Below are positions 14,031 through 26,334 of a stretch of DNA of 64,000 bases, piece after piece. Source of the DNA: Vermamoeba vermiformis (Eukaryota). The translations under genes and the position numbers were made by a program. Numbering within the stretch: the stretch's first letter is position 1; every line of letters begins with the position of its first letter. Below the pieces are notes generated by a model, which was not told where the DNA came from, did not search any database, and worked only from the letters and a program-made list of their open reading frames with translations. The stretch covers positions 186,001 to 250,000 of the forward strand of contig JBEWZL010000202.1 in the NCBI GenBank assembly GCA_045837725.1. Direction: 5' to 3'.

Positions 14031-15120
14031 TGATGATAAAACTATGTATGAAGGAAAAAGAGCAGCCAACAAAATTAGTGCGCGCGAAAAAAACTCAACT
14101 TTTCCTCACAACATAAGAACCACAACAACAAACAAGGTCGAACCAAGCAATAAAAGGACCTTCCAAATTTAAAATAATACAGAAGAAGCCTAGACAAGTT
14201 ACGTGAGAATGCTCCACTTCGTGCTAAAAGATTTTCGGTTGTAACGCGATCGAGACGAAGCAAAGCAACTGCGTCAAAGATATTTTCTTTAACCTGGTTG
14301 TGCTTCCATATTTAGCAACAATTTTATTTCTTATCGGCATGTGGACTCAAACTAAAATACGGTAGAATCACCAACCCAACTTCGGCGCCGCTCAGCATAC
14401 GCGAATCGTATTGCCCTGTAATCTCACCACCTAGGCGAGGATATGACCCAGTATATATGTATCGAATACTAGTTCACCGGTTTTTGTGCTATTTTTGGTG
14501 ATTTTTCATTCGGCCGCTTGTGCACCTGATTCTAATTCAAACTCTGTATCGCGAGTCATTTTTGCCGAGTTTTACCTACTTAGATTCGCTAAAGCACAAA
14601 ACTCTCGCTTGCAAGTTTTCACGTAACCGGTTTGTATTTCTAAAGTTAGAAAATTCCGCTTCTACGTATCTTTTCCCGTCACTGCTCCCCAGCGCTGAAT
14701 CCATCAATGGAGCTCCAACGCCCCACAATTCAAAAAAGTGACGCATTGGCCATTCATGCTTTTAATGGTTTGCGGTTCACGCGATTCCTCGCGAGGTCAA
14801 ACGAGCTAAATCGAATTTATGAGTCGGAACGTCCGCAGAGGAAGATTCGGGATGAGAGACGATGATTTGGGATATGGAACTCGTAGATTAAGGAACATTG
14901 ATGTGCAAGACAGTTCCTTAAAGCGGTCGAAGTACCCAAAATAGCACATTTCTCCACGTGCGTGACACAAAAAATTGACAGGCGATGACAAGTTTTGTTG
15001 AATTTTCAATGTTTGTACACAATTATGACAGGTGAACATTTTGGTTTTGCGCGAATAAAAAGGTGTTGGTTCGAACAAGTGGTTGTTTTAATTTCGCCTT
15101 GGAATCCGAAACAACACGTC

Positions 15121-16065
15121 ATGGCAACTTCCAACCCCATTGAGCAAACTGAATTGCCAGTTGCTTTGTCAACCTCTGCGCCTCTTCAGGCAACCAAGAA
15201 AAGAAAGAGAAGAAAGATCTACGAACTTCTCATGGCGGAAGTTCCTTTGAATATCCCCAAAGGCGACGAAGCTGACGCCGATGGACGCTACAATACCCGC
15301 AGTCGTTTGAGAAAACCAACGCAATTGCCAGATGGAGCACTGCCTTTCAGCGGCGATAGCGAGGACGAGAGCGAAGAGGAAGACTACTACGAAGAAGGTT
15401 CATCGCGAAGAAAGAAGAGAAGAGTGAGTCTAGAAGGTTCCACACTCCTGCCGAACGCCCAAGTCCGCGTTAATGAAAATCCTTCTGGCTCCGTTTCATT
15501 GGGAAACAAGTTGACATCTGACGTTCACAAACAAAAAATGAAGCTAAATCAAGCAACATCTCCAAATAATTGGGTAGATCAACGATCTTTGGCTAACCAG
15601 CGATTCCTCCCTACCAACACTATCCCTCGGTCGAATCCGCTCAGCATAAACAATTCACGATCGCAGAACCAACAACCTCAATCGGTCTATTATGCCGTCC
15701 ACTTCCCAACTGAACCCAAACAAGTGCAATCAACGTCATACAATTCAATTTCATCTCGTAATTTGAATTCACTCGAATCCGTTTCGTCGACTCCGCCTCC
15801 ATATTTGGACGCAGATTATGAAGCGTTTGCTTCAGACGCCAGTTCATGGAGTTCATCGTCAAGCAACTATTACTACGGTCATTACAACAGTTCCAACCCA
15901 ATCTTCCTGCAACCTGTCATGTACGATAGAGATCTCATCCATTACTCAGACGCGGAGCAATTCAGATTGGAGCCTTTGGAGGCTGACTACGTCAATTCTG
16001 ACTCATCTGTTCAGTATTCGATTGATATCGTGTCACCACTTGGCGCGATCGGGGCTTCGGACTAA
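15121..16065 (+). CDS. Intronless, low-complexity, probably nuclear protein of unknown function
   Basis: Open frame from the ATG at 15121. It has basic NLS-like clusters (KKRKRRK, RRKKRR), an acidic patch and an S/N/Y-rich C-terminus. Confidence 0.7.
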   Translation: MATSNPIEQTELPVALSTSAPLQATKKRKRRKIYELLMAEVPLNIPKGDEADADGRYNTRSRLRKPTQLPDGALPFSGDSEDESEEEDYYEEGSSRRKKRRVSLEGSTLLPNAQVRVNENPSGSVSLGNKLTSDVHKQKMKLNQATSPNNWVDQRSLANQRFLPTNTIPRSNPLSINNSRSQNQQPQSVYYAVHFPTEPKQVQSTSYNSISSRNLNSLESVSSTPPPYLDADYEAFASDASSWSSSSSNYYYGHYNSSNPIFLQPVMYDRDLIHYSDAEQFRLEPLEADYVNSDSSVQYSIDIVSPLGAIGASD

Positions 16066-16404
16066 AAACCTTCCGCTTTCAAAAATAGCGGACAAACAAT
16101 TTTGAATGGAGCTTTGTTTCATCGTCGGTTTGGAACTCCTCGATAGGCTTAAGTGTCTCTCGCCCTATAACTGACTCTGTATATTACGATTTTGCAATAA
16201 ATTGCGGCTGTGTATTAAAAACTAAAAAGTGGACATAAACTTTTCTACGACGGGACCCAAATTTGTTACTATTTTTTGAAATTGATTTTATTTCGCTGTG
16301 ATTAATAAATAGGGTTTGAATTTACAATCGGCATGTTATTTACAAGACGTTACATATCTACAGTTGCTGGCGAATGGTGCGTCGACCAATGTCGGTTTTT
16401 GAAC

Positions 16405-18158
16405 TCAGAAGATTCGCCACCGACATTGGTCGTGTCTAATTCTCCGCACAGACAATTCGTCTCCTAGACGATTGTCAGTTTCATCGCTGTTCGTACTCGG
16501 TTTTGAACCGCTTTGTTGCACGTTGATCGTACTCTCCGTCTTCGTCTGGCCCTCGTTTGCGATCATAATCATCGCCAGATACATTGGGGCTTGGATCCTC
16601 TTCGGAGCTGAAAGATCCCTCGGCACCATTAGCACCTCTCTTTCTTGGTCGGCTAGTGAGGAAAAATCAGTTAGATACTGAAGAATTCGATAGCGATCGT
16701 CTAATGGAACAGGTGTGTATCTCACGGAAATTTAGAATTTTCTCCACGATGAGACGACAATTTAAACCGTAATTATCCTGCACCGTGCAATAAAATAATG
16801 ACAGTATATTTTAACTTACCCAGTCTTGCCCAAATAATAATGGTACAATCGCCAGCATTTAACGTCGTCGCAAGGCCACTCTTTGACTTTACAAATGATG
16901 GGTTGCTCGCGGTTTACAGAACTGTAGTGGGACTCAGAATAGCACCTATCCAAGGAATATTAGTACAGAACATCGGCGCACGAGATATTTTTGTTGTGAA
17001 ACTACACAAATCGTGTTCTGTGTACCTGAAAGGATGACCGACTTTGGGAGGCTTCTTAGTTGTCTTATCGACATTAATGAAGTATATTACGCCAGCTGGA
17101 GAATACGAAAATATTAGAGAGAACGTTCGATAGATGAGACGGAAATTTTTAACAACTCCCGAGCACGTGAACACAAGTAAAACACGTAGAAAACGCGGAA
17201 ATTTCATTTGAATTGACAAAATTTAGAGTTGAGGCTCCTTGCCGTCGAATTACGACATAATCAAATTTCTAAAATGCTCGAGAAATCTTTCTTGACCTTG
17301 TATACTATCGATTAGCTTACCTAGATCCGTAATGTTTTTCACCTGCGGATGTCCGTTTCGCAAGTAACGCTTTCTTACTTCTTCGTTTTCAACAAAGTTA
17401 TTGAATAGAGCTTCGTACGTGAGCGCGTGCAATTTTCTAATGTGCTTGTTGACTAGGAATCGATCGTCGAGGTAGGACTGATTGCGATCAATTTGTTCTT
17501 TCAAGTACCTGATCTTCGACTGAATTGCGCCTAACTCGCTCCTCTTTTCTTCTTCCAACTTCTCGTAATATTTCAGTAGTTCTTTTTGCTTCTGAATCGG
17601 TGTCATTGGGCCTCCTTTTCCACCGTCTTCTGGCGGCACCAAGATCGGAAAAGCCAACGGATCTGTGTTTGCTGCGGCGACTTTCTCGACACTCACTTCG
17701 GTGTTGTAGGGCTGAAAGTTCGCGCCTTCGCCATTATGCGTCGATACGAAGTTCTCGTACCAAGATTGGCGGCCAGGGACAACGCCATCTATTTGTTGCG
17801 GGGCTTGATCTTGCGTCATGTTGTCCAATACGGTCCATTGATTATTTGCTGCTTTGCTATAGCTATTGTGACTTATTGATGGCGAGCTGACTTGCGGGCG
17901 GACTTGGGGAGTGCGTGGATCGGCGTAATAAAACGGCGAGATATTATCTTCTCTGTGAAACGAAGTGTAGACGTTTTGAACCGATTGTTGAGTGATCGTA
18001 GCTGAGTTCGCGCTGTTTTGAAAGAAGTGGAGGGGCGCGGAGGGCGTCTGCATGGTAGTTGTATAGGGTTGATACGCTGAATAATTTGGATGCATCGACT
18101 CATTGATTATTTGCTGCTGCTGCGATATTGGTTTATCGAACTCGTCAAATTTTTTCAT
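16405..18158 (-). CDS. Multi-exon protein of unknown function (Q/S-rich N-terminus, coiled coil, globular C-terminal part); 3' exon structure uncertain
   Basis: The 302-aa first ORF has a GTAAG donor near 17320. Downstream exons read KFDYVVIRRQG.., GVIYFINVDK.. and DQEREVLMVPR..; I could not resolve the frame across one junction near 16780. Confidence 0.6.
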
Positions 18159-18544
18159 TGCGGGATCGATTTAATAAATAAGGTTGTAAATGTTGCGGAT
18201 CTATTAAACAATATTTAGTGCCTTTGGTTCATCGCAAAAAAATAAAATTTTTTTCTTCACCTTTGTGGTTGATGATTCAAATCTTTGAAAGAAACTAGGT
18301 TCGATGTCATTCTGTCTTTTTAAGCACCGTGAAATATACTGAATCACATGACTTTATAATTTTTTTGGAGTGAATTTCCACAAGAAAATTGGCCGAAAAA
18401 CGCTAAATTGCGAGTGATTCCTTTGATGCTATTCGTTCGTTCGCTGGTCATATGATTGTTGACCAATATAAACGCGTTTCTTATGAAAATACTAATGGTA
18501 ATAGCGGTAGTACCCTTTTCCGGTGGATCGGATCGAACTTTTAC

Positions 18545-19000
18545 TCACCAATCGGCTGGCGCTATCGGGCTCACTTCCCACCGTTCTAAGAATCGATCGT
18601 TGCATGTTCATTCGATTTCGTATACCAACCGTTTCCTAATCGCTTGCTCAGGATGAATGTCTGGGATCCGAATCAAATTACGAAATTATAGCATCTTACC
18701 GATTGAAAGGAACCACTCTTCTCGACATAGCGGTAACGGTACGAATTTTCAGAACAATTTTCTTGAATCTTCGCAAATTTGACGCTTCTGGGCAATGCAA
18801 TAAGTTTCCTAATCGGCTATTTCATCTTTGAATTTCAATTACTGGCCAATCGATTGCACTTTCCTATGGTGCAACTGATAGTTCCGAATAATTATAGAGT
18901 TTCTATGAAACGATCACTTTAAAGATTGGTCATGCTATTACGGTTATACTAAAATAATACGATTGAATCGGGATCCGCGTTGCACCCCATCCGATTAGCA
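18545..19000. promoter_or_regulatory. Homotypic cluster of C(C/T)AATCG motifs in a divergent intergenic region
   Basis: Copies or near-copies at ~18548, 18636, 18699 (rc), 18809, 18846, 18923 (rc), 18960 (rc) and 18991 (rc). GTTTCCTAATCG occurs twice. Confidence 0.4.
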
Positions 19001-19204
19001 AACTCTCACTACCACTCGTGCTACTATATGTATTAGTCACATTGACAATATAATCTCAGCTCGAACAAGCATTGAGACGAACATCACTTCGTGAACTTCA
19101 TTTTGCACGATAATTTAGTCGGTCCAAAAAAATCAAAAATTATTCACTTACACACCAATAGAGAGCCACTAAGGAGTAGAGTATTATAAAATTAATAGAA
19201 AAAT

Positions 19205-21042
19205 ATGGCAAGCCATGGTACACCAGAACTACCCGAGGAGATCGTGACGCAGATTTGTCGAGGCCTAGCAATACAAGATATTGTTCATTTATCAGAGGTA
19301 GTTTTATTAATATGTGAGGAATTATGATAAGTTCCGTATCGTATTAAATTGCAACATTCAATCAGATCCCGAAAATAATTATTTTTAATTTTGGCTGAAA
19401 TTTTGCAGAAATACGGTAATTTACGCACTAAGAATTCTAGATTTTATTGGCGATTCGCGTCAGATATCGTTGCAATTTATTTCTTTTGATTTTATAGATT
19501 ATTTGCTTATTTTTGTTAAATCTAGGTTTGTAAATACCTGGCGTACTTTCTCGTCCTTACCAAAAGGGATAGTAATAGCCAAGTCCTATGGAAGTTCTTG
19601 ATAAAGAGGGATTTTTCATCGATAACGAACAGCAGTTGTTACCAATCGTGCGGTCATTATCGAAATCTGTACATTCAACTTGGTAAGTCACGCGTTTATA
19701 GTCCCGTCTTTTCTCGGCGTGGAATTTATCAATCGATTGCATTCATCCGTTTCTCTACATAAGAATAATAGTCGTTTAGAAACGTTGAGTAATAATTTTT
19801 TTTCTCGATCATGAAAAGCCCGCGCAAAAATTAGTCCTCTTGGTATGGCCTCGCCGAATGGGATCATTAAAGTACACAAGATAAAAGAAGAGTTTAAGAG
19901 GACTAGACAAGAACGAGTAGCAGAGTCTTCGGGAATCAGACCGTTTTACGTACTGCTGTACCACCACACAAACGCAACACGTAAGCTAGCAGCCTATGCG
20001 GTCGATGATGCAGCAAGCTATTATGGCAAGGTAAGGGCACCAACTAGAATACCATTGGGCAGGCTTCTCGCCTTGGCGATAAATATATAGCTTTGCAAAG
20101 TTAGCGCCTTACGAATCTTTCTTAATAGGTTTTACACTTCAACGAAGTCAACAAGCTTCTCGCTGAAGGTACGATCAAGGTATGGATCCCAGGGCCATAT
20201 AAAGTTGTCTGGAGGATAAAGCTTGCCCAAGATTACGGTTTAGGTACCATGGTAGATGCGGTCGATATTATTGGCCTCAGGTCTAACTCTTACCTTCCTC
20301 GATAGGCGCCGTAGAATTTATGACTAAAGTACTTAATAAACCCGATGAAGAGGCATTTTACGATGGCGATGAAGAAGAAGAGGATAGGCAAGTTTCCATC
20401 TATTCACTATTATTACGCTTCTAGTCCACCGTATCTAATATACTTTTTCTATCAGAGAAAATGACGATAGTTTTCAACAGTTTATATGGCTCGTGCACGA
20501 GTACAAGCAAAAGCCTGCCGTGCGTATCTTTTCTGAACTTTCGTTTTCTTGCTCTTTAACTTTGGTTCCTATAGAACATTAGCGTCGAGAAGTGGCTTGA
20601 TGTCGATGTCGGCAACATTCTCGTTGAAAAGCCGCATACAACGGTCTGTTTCAAGGTTTCTCAAGGGTATGTGACTTGATCAACGTTGTTTTGTTACAAA
20701 TCATCATATTCCCCGCAATTCTTTATGTTTACTTCTATAATTCAACGGGGATTCTTTGATCATCGGGCCATCTCTATTATCTAAAGAGATTTCTTCATGT
20801 ATTTGAGCGCGGAAAGTTTCCAACGAAGAATTTCTCGATTAAAATTTCGGTTCAATAGATTATGCCACATTTGATATAATAGTTAATTTTATTCATGAAA
20901 GATCAACTGATCAATAGAATCTTTTAGATATCACGATTGGAAGTACGGCATGTTTGTGGATTACGTTGAACTTGTGCCCTTAACCATGGAAGAATATAAA
21001 TCTGCAAAGGAAGACAACGACGTGGTCATGAAGGATAATTAG
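19205..21042 (+). CDS. F-box protein with a C-terminal PP2/Nictaba-like lectin domain
   Basis: ELPEEIVTQICRGLAIQDIVHLSEVCK is the F-box. The C-terminal exons give PGPYKVVWRIKL, WLDVDVGNILV..VCFKV and WKYGMFVDYVELVP, matching the PP2-domain pattern. Confidence 0.7.
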
Positions 21043-21248
21043 GAAGATTAATCTGCCGAGCTAAAGTTAAAAAGTTTGAATTTAACTTTTTTTGGGCAGT
21101 GTGAGCGCTCGGCTGCATATACTTTCAGAAAATGAATCTCATTATTTAAAAAGGCCTTATAAAACCGTTATTAATAAATGTCCAACATCTTTATTTGGTT
21201 ATTATTTACGATTTCGCTAATTAGATCTTCCGGATCGGTTTTTGATTT

Positions 21249-22516
21249 TTATTCGAGGCCTAGCTCTCGTCGCTTGGCCTTCTGAGTGATTAATTGTTGT
21301 CTCCATTCTAATTTAGTATTTCTCTTAGTCTGAGAGTGAATAGGCACGAAGTAAGGCTCAACTCCCTAACAAACAATATCGTTAGATTCGTGTACTGGAT
21401 TAGATTTTGGAACCAAAGAAGAGCACAACGTTAAATTGGACACCAAATGTTATCAAGTGTCTCGTAACAATAATTTCTATCGGAGACAATGATTTTACGA
21501 GGCAGGTGCCGCTAGCAAATGCCAGATGTGCACGGAACCGTCCGGATGTTCGAAGCACTCCATAAACACCGCAATTTACTTTCAATTACTAAATTTTGTC
21601 ACACAAGCGTGCAAGTGCGTAATTTATATTTAAAAAAAAACTTACCCTCTTGTATTTCTCGACCCAGTTGCGGATCCACTTGCGTTGGCGGATTGGGATG
21701 CCAGCTGCCTTGAGTGCCCAGCGGTCAGCACCCATGAGCTTCTCCCAAGACTCGAACTTGTCAGTATATTCGGCGCATCCTCGGCCAATAGTCTTCAAAA
21801 ATTTCTCAACAGTCATGTCGCCTACATCCAAGATCACGATCAGTCAAAAAGGTACGAGAAAACTACTGTAATTTCATTTGCAATTATAAATTATTGATAA
21901 ATAACGATCCAAAATGAATATTTAGAGCGATAATAATTACCTCTAGGTGCGGGTAAGTCTTCCTTTGGTCGAACAGGTGCAGGTTTTCGTTGCGGGTAGC
22001 CCTGCTCAGGAGTATTTTTGAAATAGCTCCAATCAACCTTTTCCACTAAATTTACTAATCGCCAGTGCAATTTTTCTTTGGCTTGCATTGGTTTGTATGT
22101 TCGATCGGGGAGTTCGACTATGTTTGAAATTCATTAGTGTCTTGCAAGGTATTTCATCGTGTTTCATACAATTTAAATATAATTGTGTTAATATATATTA
22201 TTTAAATCTATTAGAGGCGTCGTTGAAGCCTTCTACGGTTATTCAATAATTATTTGAATAAATCCATAAAAATCATAATAATTATCTGCTAGCTTTGGTC
22301 GGCTTGATATGTACCCTGGTCTTCTGGAATATTATTTAATGATAGTGGTTCATTAGATTTTTGTTGCTGTTGTTGTTGAGGGCGTCTTTGTTGACGTCGC
22401 GATGCGTAACATCTTGTCTGATTTGCTGCGAACAAACTCGAGGCTGATACACATGTGCCTGTGACTCTATTGAAGCCACCAGTAGGCAACAGTCTCTTTG
22501 TAATATTGCTCAGCAT
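21249..22516 (-). CDS. FYV4: Mitochondrial small ribosomal subunit protein mS41 (Fyv4-like, IGR motif)
   Basis: Presequence-like N-terminus MLSNITKRLL.., then VEKFLKTIGRGCAEYTDKFESWEKL...LKAAGIPIRQRKWIRNWVEKYKRG. Confidence 0.85.
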
Positions 22517-22592
22517 GGTGGTCTGTAATATAAAATTTATAACGAATAGTTTTTCATTTTCACGTCGACCAGATCCAACAGAACACACGACA

Positions 22593-22883
22593 ATGTATCA
22601 ATATCAACGTGATGTTATTAAAAGAGCCAAGACTGGTGATTCTACGGAGTCAGAGACAGTCACTTGGGGCTACATCTTGTTGGCTGGCACGGTGATCGCG
22701 TATCTGGTCATAATCTACGCGACAATAATTTCCAAATTATTTATTCCTGACACTGGTAATGCATTCTTGGACTGGATAAAGCACGACAAATATTATTGTT
22801 GGTTACTACCGGCTATGATCCCCGTCACATTCTTCTTCGTTTACTTGAACTGGATGAGCTTGAAATTCTTCAGACATAATTAA
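22593..22883 (+). CDS. PIGY: GPI-GlcNAc transferase subunit PIG-Y-like protein
   Basis: 96 aa with two TM segments; the C-terminal motif is DKYYCWLLP..IP....YLNWMSLKFFRHN. Confidence 0.85.
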   Translation: MYQYQRDVIKRAKTGDSTESETVTWGYILLAGTVIAYLVIIYATIISKLFIPDTGNAFLDWIKHDKYYCWLLPAMIPVTFFFVYLNWMSLKFFRHN

Positions 22884-23562
22884 AAGACATAGCTAGTAAC
22901 GTAAGGTAATATTATTTTATTATTATGAATTTATTTTGAACCGGACACTGATGACGCCATCCAACAGAATTTACACTACTGCAGAATGCATTCAATGGCC
23001 TCAATAATCGAAGGACAGTCATGCATTTATTATTTCTTGGCACGGCAATCTTTACACCGGTGGCCAAAGGACCGTTTAAGTGCGCTCCATCTCCCTTTCT
23101 AGCTACCGTCGAACAAGCTGAATGCAACAAGACTCACTTTCGATTCCCCGTGCGTGTAACCAAATTAGTGACCGTGACAGTGCGTACCATTATTATTATT
23201 ACACCACTAGACACGCAAGGGCAACGTGCCAAAGGTGTTGCAGGTGCAAAAAGCGAAGAAACAGAAGGTGCCAGAAGAGATCGGGGACTGATCGTGTATA
23301 AATCAAATAATAAGCCAATCGCAATACGAGTGTTGCAAAGATTTTGGCAAAATAAACTGAGCTCTTCAAGTCCCGATCTTGTATTTTTTGGCAGTGCTAG
23401 ACTCAATTTAGCGCTCAATCAAAATGTAATAGTACTTCATTATTCGATATCAACCATTTTATTAGCCCTATTTTGCCTGGCAAGTGCGTTAAGCCAAAAA
23501 TAAATTTGGACAATATTTTTTGAACGCGTCCCAACAAGAAACACAGCTCTCGTATATTTACA

Positions 23563-26250
23563 ATGTCAAGCGTTGAAGATACTGATACTATGTCTGCCTC
23601 CTCATCAGGTGACGAGATGGAGATCGAGAGCACGTCCCCAACTGAGCAAAGAAAGAAGAACCTTCATGAACCTAAGCTGTCCACGACGGAGAGAGTTATG
23701 AAAGATGTACCTATGCCCACCGCTAAGGTATTACAAAAGGAGGATTTGTTAGATGATAAAGGAATTCCGAATCCAGATGTGCTTCGTAACCATCTGAAGC
23801 AAGAAGGAAAATTAGCAAAAGACCTGTTATTGGAGATCATTTCTCAAGCTACACAAATATTAGTACAAGAGCCAAACGTATTGGCAATCAAGGAGCCTGT
23901 CACTAGTAAGAATTTTAGTTTTTATTCGAATATTAAATCTGATAAATTTGCTATTATTCTCAAATTTCAAGATTACATGAAGACACGATATTATATACAT
24001 CAATATTATTATTATAATATGAAACCTATTTTTATATTTCCGATTATTCTCGTAACGATCTGGAAATTAAAATTGGCTTGACTTTTGATAATGCACGTTA
24101 AAATCATGCGATTATGATGAGATATATTATTCTAATTATTTAACAGTTTGCGGCGATATCCACGGCCAATACTTTGATCTACTAAAATTATTCGACGTTG
24201 GTGGCGATCCTAAAAGCACTCAATATTTATTTTTGGGCGATTATGTCGATAGGTAGGCTTATACTATTGGCGAATTGCGCTCGAAAAGGCCTTTCAAAAG
24301 AGTTGCTAATTTTAGGCGGTCTTATTTTTCAGCGGCGAATATGGCGCTAATATTAATGATTGTTTTTTATTTGCAGAGGATATTTTTCATTGGAATGCGT
24401 CTTATTGCTATACACCTACAAGATAAACAGACCAGACAACTTCTTTTTATTGCGCGGTAATCACGAGTGCCGTCACTTGACTGACTATTTCACGTTTAAA
24501 GAAGAATGTAAGTTATATTAATATTATTAGTATGATCAACGTTAATGGTGCAACTCTTCCGCTTATTACGCAAATATCACAAATTTTATTGGATCTGACC
24601 ACGCCATGTTTCGTGACCTCTCCTCACAATATCAATTTTGATACAATATCAATTATGTGAGATTAACATAATAAGTGTCGAGCTAAGTTATATGAAGCAT
24701 TTGATTAATGTGAGCGTGATATAGGTGAAAAGAAATATGATTCTGAAGTGTACGATGCGCTCATGGACTCGTTCGACACATTGCCCCTCGCAGCTCTCAT
24801 TTTGAACAGTCAAGAAAAAGCACAGTTTTTGTGCGTGCACGGTGGTCTGTCTCCTGACATTGAAACTGTACGTAACTTTGATTGTTAGTGATTTGTGGCA
24901 CGTGTGACTGACCCACTTGTCCGCAGTTGGAAGACATTGAAAATATTAACAGATTCCGCGAACCACCACCAAATGGACCTATGTGGTAAGTACTTTCGAT
25001 GCACATGCATATCCTAGAGTGCTCTTAATAAGTGTTTGTTTATCAGTGACCTTTTATGGGCGGATCCCGCTGAAAATTACGCAGATGATGACGCTGAATT
25101 TAAGTTTAACTCCGTGAGAGGATGTTCTTATTCATACGGGTAAGTACAATAATAGTTTAATAGTTTACTTTCTCGAGCTAATAATTCACTTTACAGTTAT
25201 CGTGCCGTGTCGAACTTTTTGGAACGAAACTCAATTTTGACATTGATCAGAGCTCACGAGGCTCAAGATGAGGGGTAAGTAATCGTCAATGCCACCATTA
25301 ATACGTAGTTCTTATTGTTTAATATTAGTTTCCGAATGTACAAAAAATCTTTGAAGACGCAGTTCCCCACGTGCATTACAATCTTCTCGGCGCCTAACTA
25401 CTTGGAGGCTTACAATAATAAGGCCGCTATTATGATTTACGCGAACAACGTGATCAATATTAAACAGTTCAACAACACTCAACACCCGTACTGGTTGCCT
25501 GGCTTTATGGATGTGTTCAGCTGGAGCATGCCTTTCTTGGCCGAAAAAGGTAAATATTTATCGTAGTAATTCATGATTACATGTCATCAATTTAATGTCT
25601 ATTCACGTCTATTTTCAATAAGATGCCCTTGTTAACGTTGTTGTATTAATAGTGAGTGAGATTTTGTTGGTGTTTTTGAACCTCGTGAACGACGAAGAAG
25701 CTGAACGCGAAGAACAACAAATGACCGAAGAAGAGAAGTTGAAGCGACGTCAGATCGTGACAAAGAAGATCCAGTCCGTCTCGCGATTGTTGCGTCTCTT
25801 CAACATTTTGCGAACGGAGCGTGAGATGATTATGAAGATTAAGGGTTTGAGTCCCAACTCGAAACTGCCTCCTGGTCTGCTCTTGAAGGGTCCTGCTGCT
25901 TTGAGTGAAGGTACGCGTTAAATTATTGGCAAAGTACCGTGCAACGTGGCTGATCTCGTGCTATTTTTGCAGCTCTCGGTAACTTCCAAAAGGCTCGTAT
26001 TGCTGACAGACCCAACGAAGCTCGTCCTCCTGGTGTCGATAAGTATTTGGAGAAGACTCCTTCAAGCCCACGCTTGAACAGATCTGGATCTCGACCGATC
26101 TTGGATGGCCTTCGCCGATCCGGCTCGTTCTCAGCCAACTTGGTCCAACCCGCTAAGATCGTTACACCTCCTCATAGTCCTATGCACCCTGACGTTGAAA
26201 TGTCCAACACTAATAATAACAGAATCACTATTACTGAAAGCCAAGAATAG
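23563..26250 (+). CDS. CNA: Calcineurin A (PP2B catalytic subunit)
   Basis: [51 protein letters not shown] (CNB-binding), the CaM-binding helix [17 protein letters not shown] and the autoinhibitory [16 protein letters not shown]. Confidence 0.97.
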
Positions 26251-26334
26251 TCGTTGATAAAATTATCGTTCAAAGCTGCAAACTTGCACGAGCTAAAGTA
26301 GCGTTACTAGTAAAATAAACAATATTTAATGACC

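Noticed and set aside
16740-16820. In-frame TAA at an unresolved splice junction as evidence of an alternative genetic code
   Set aside because: TAA, TAG and TGA all terminate well-supported genes in this window. Mis-inferred splicing or a local error is more likely.
23021-23503. 160-aa ORF and a ttcgattcc T-loop-like motif upstream of calcineurin
   Set aside because: No recognisable domain and no tRNA cloverleaf; more likely promoter or 5' UTR.
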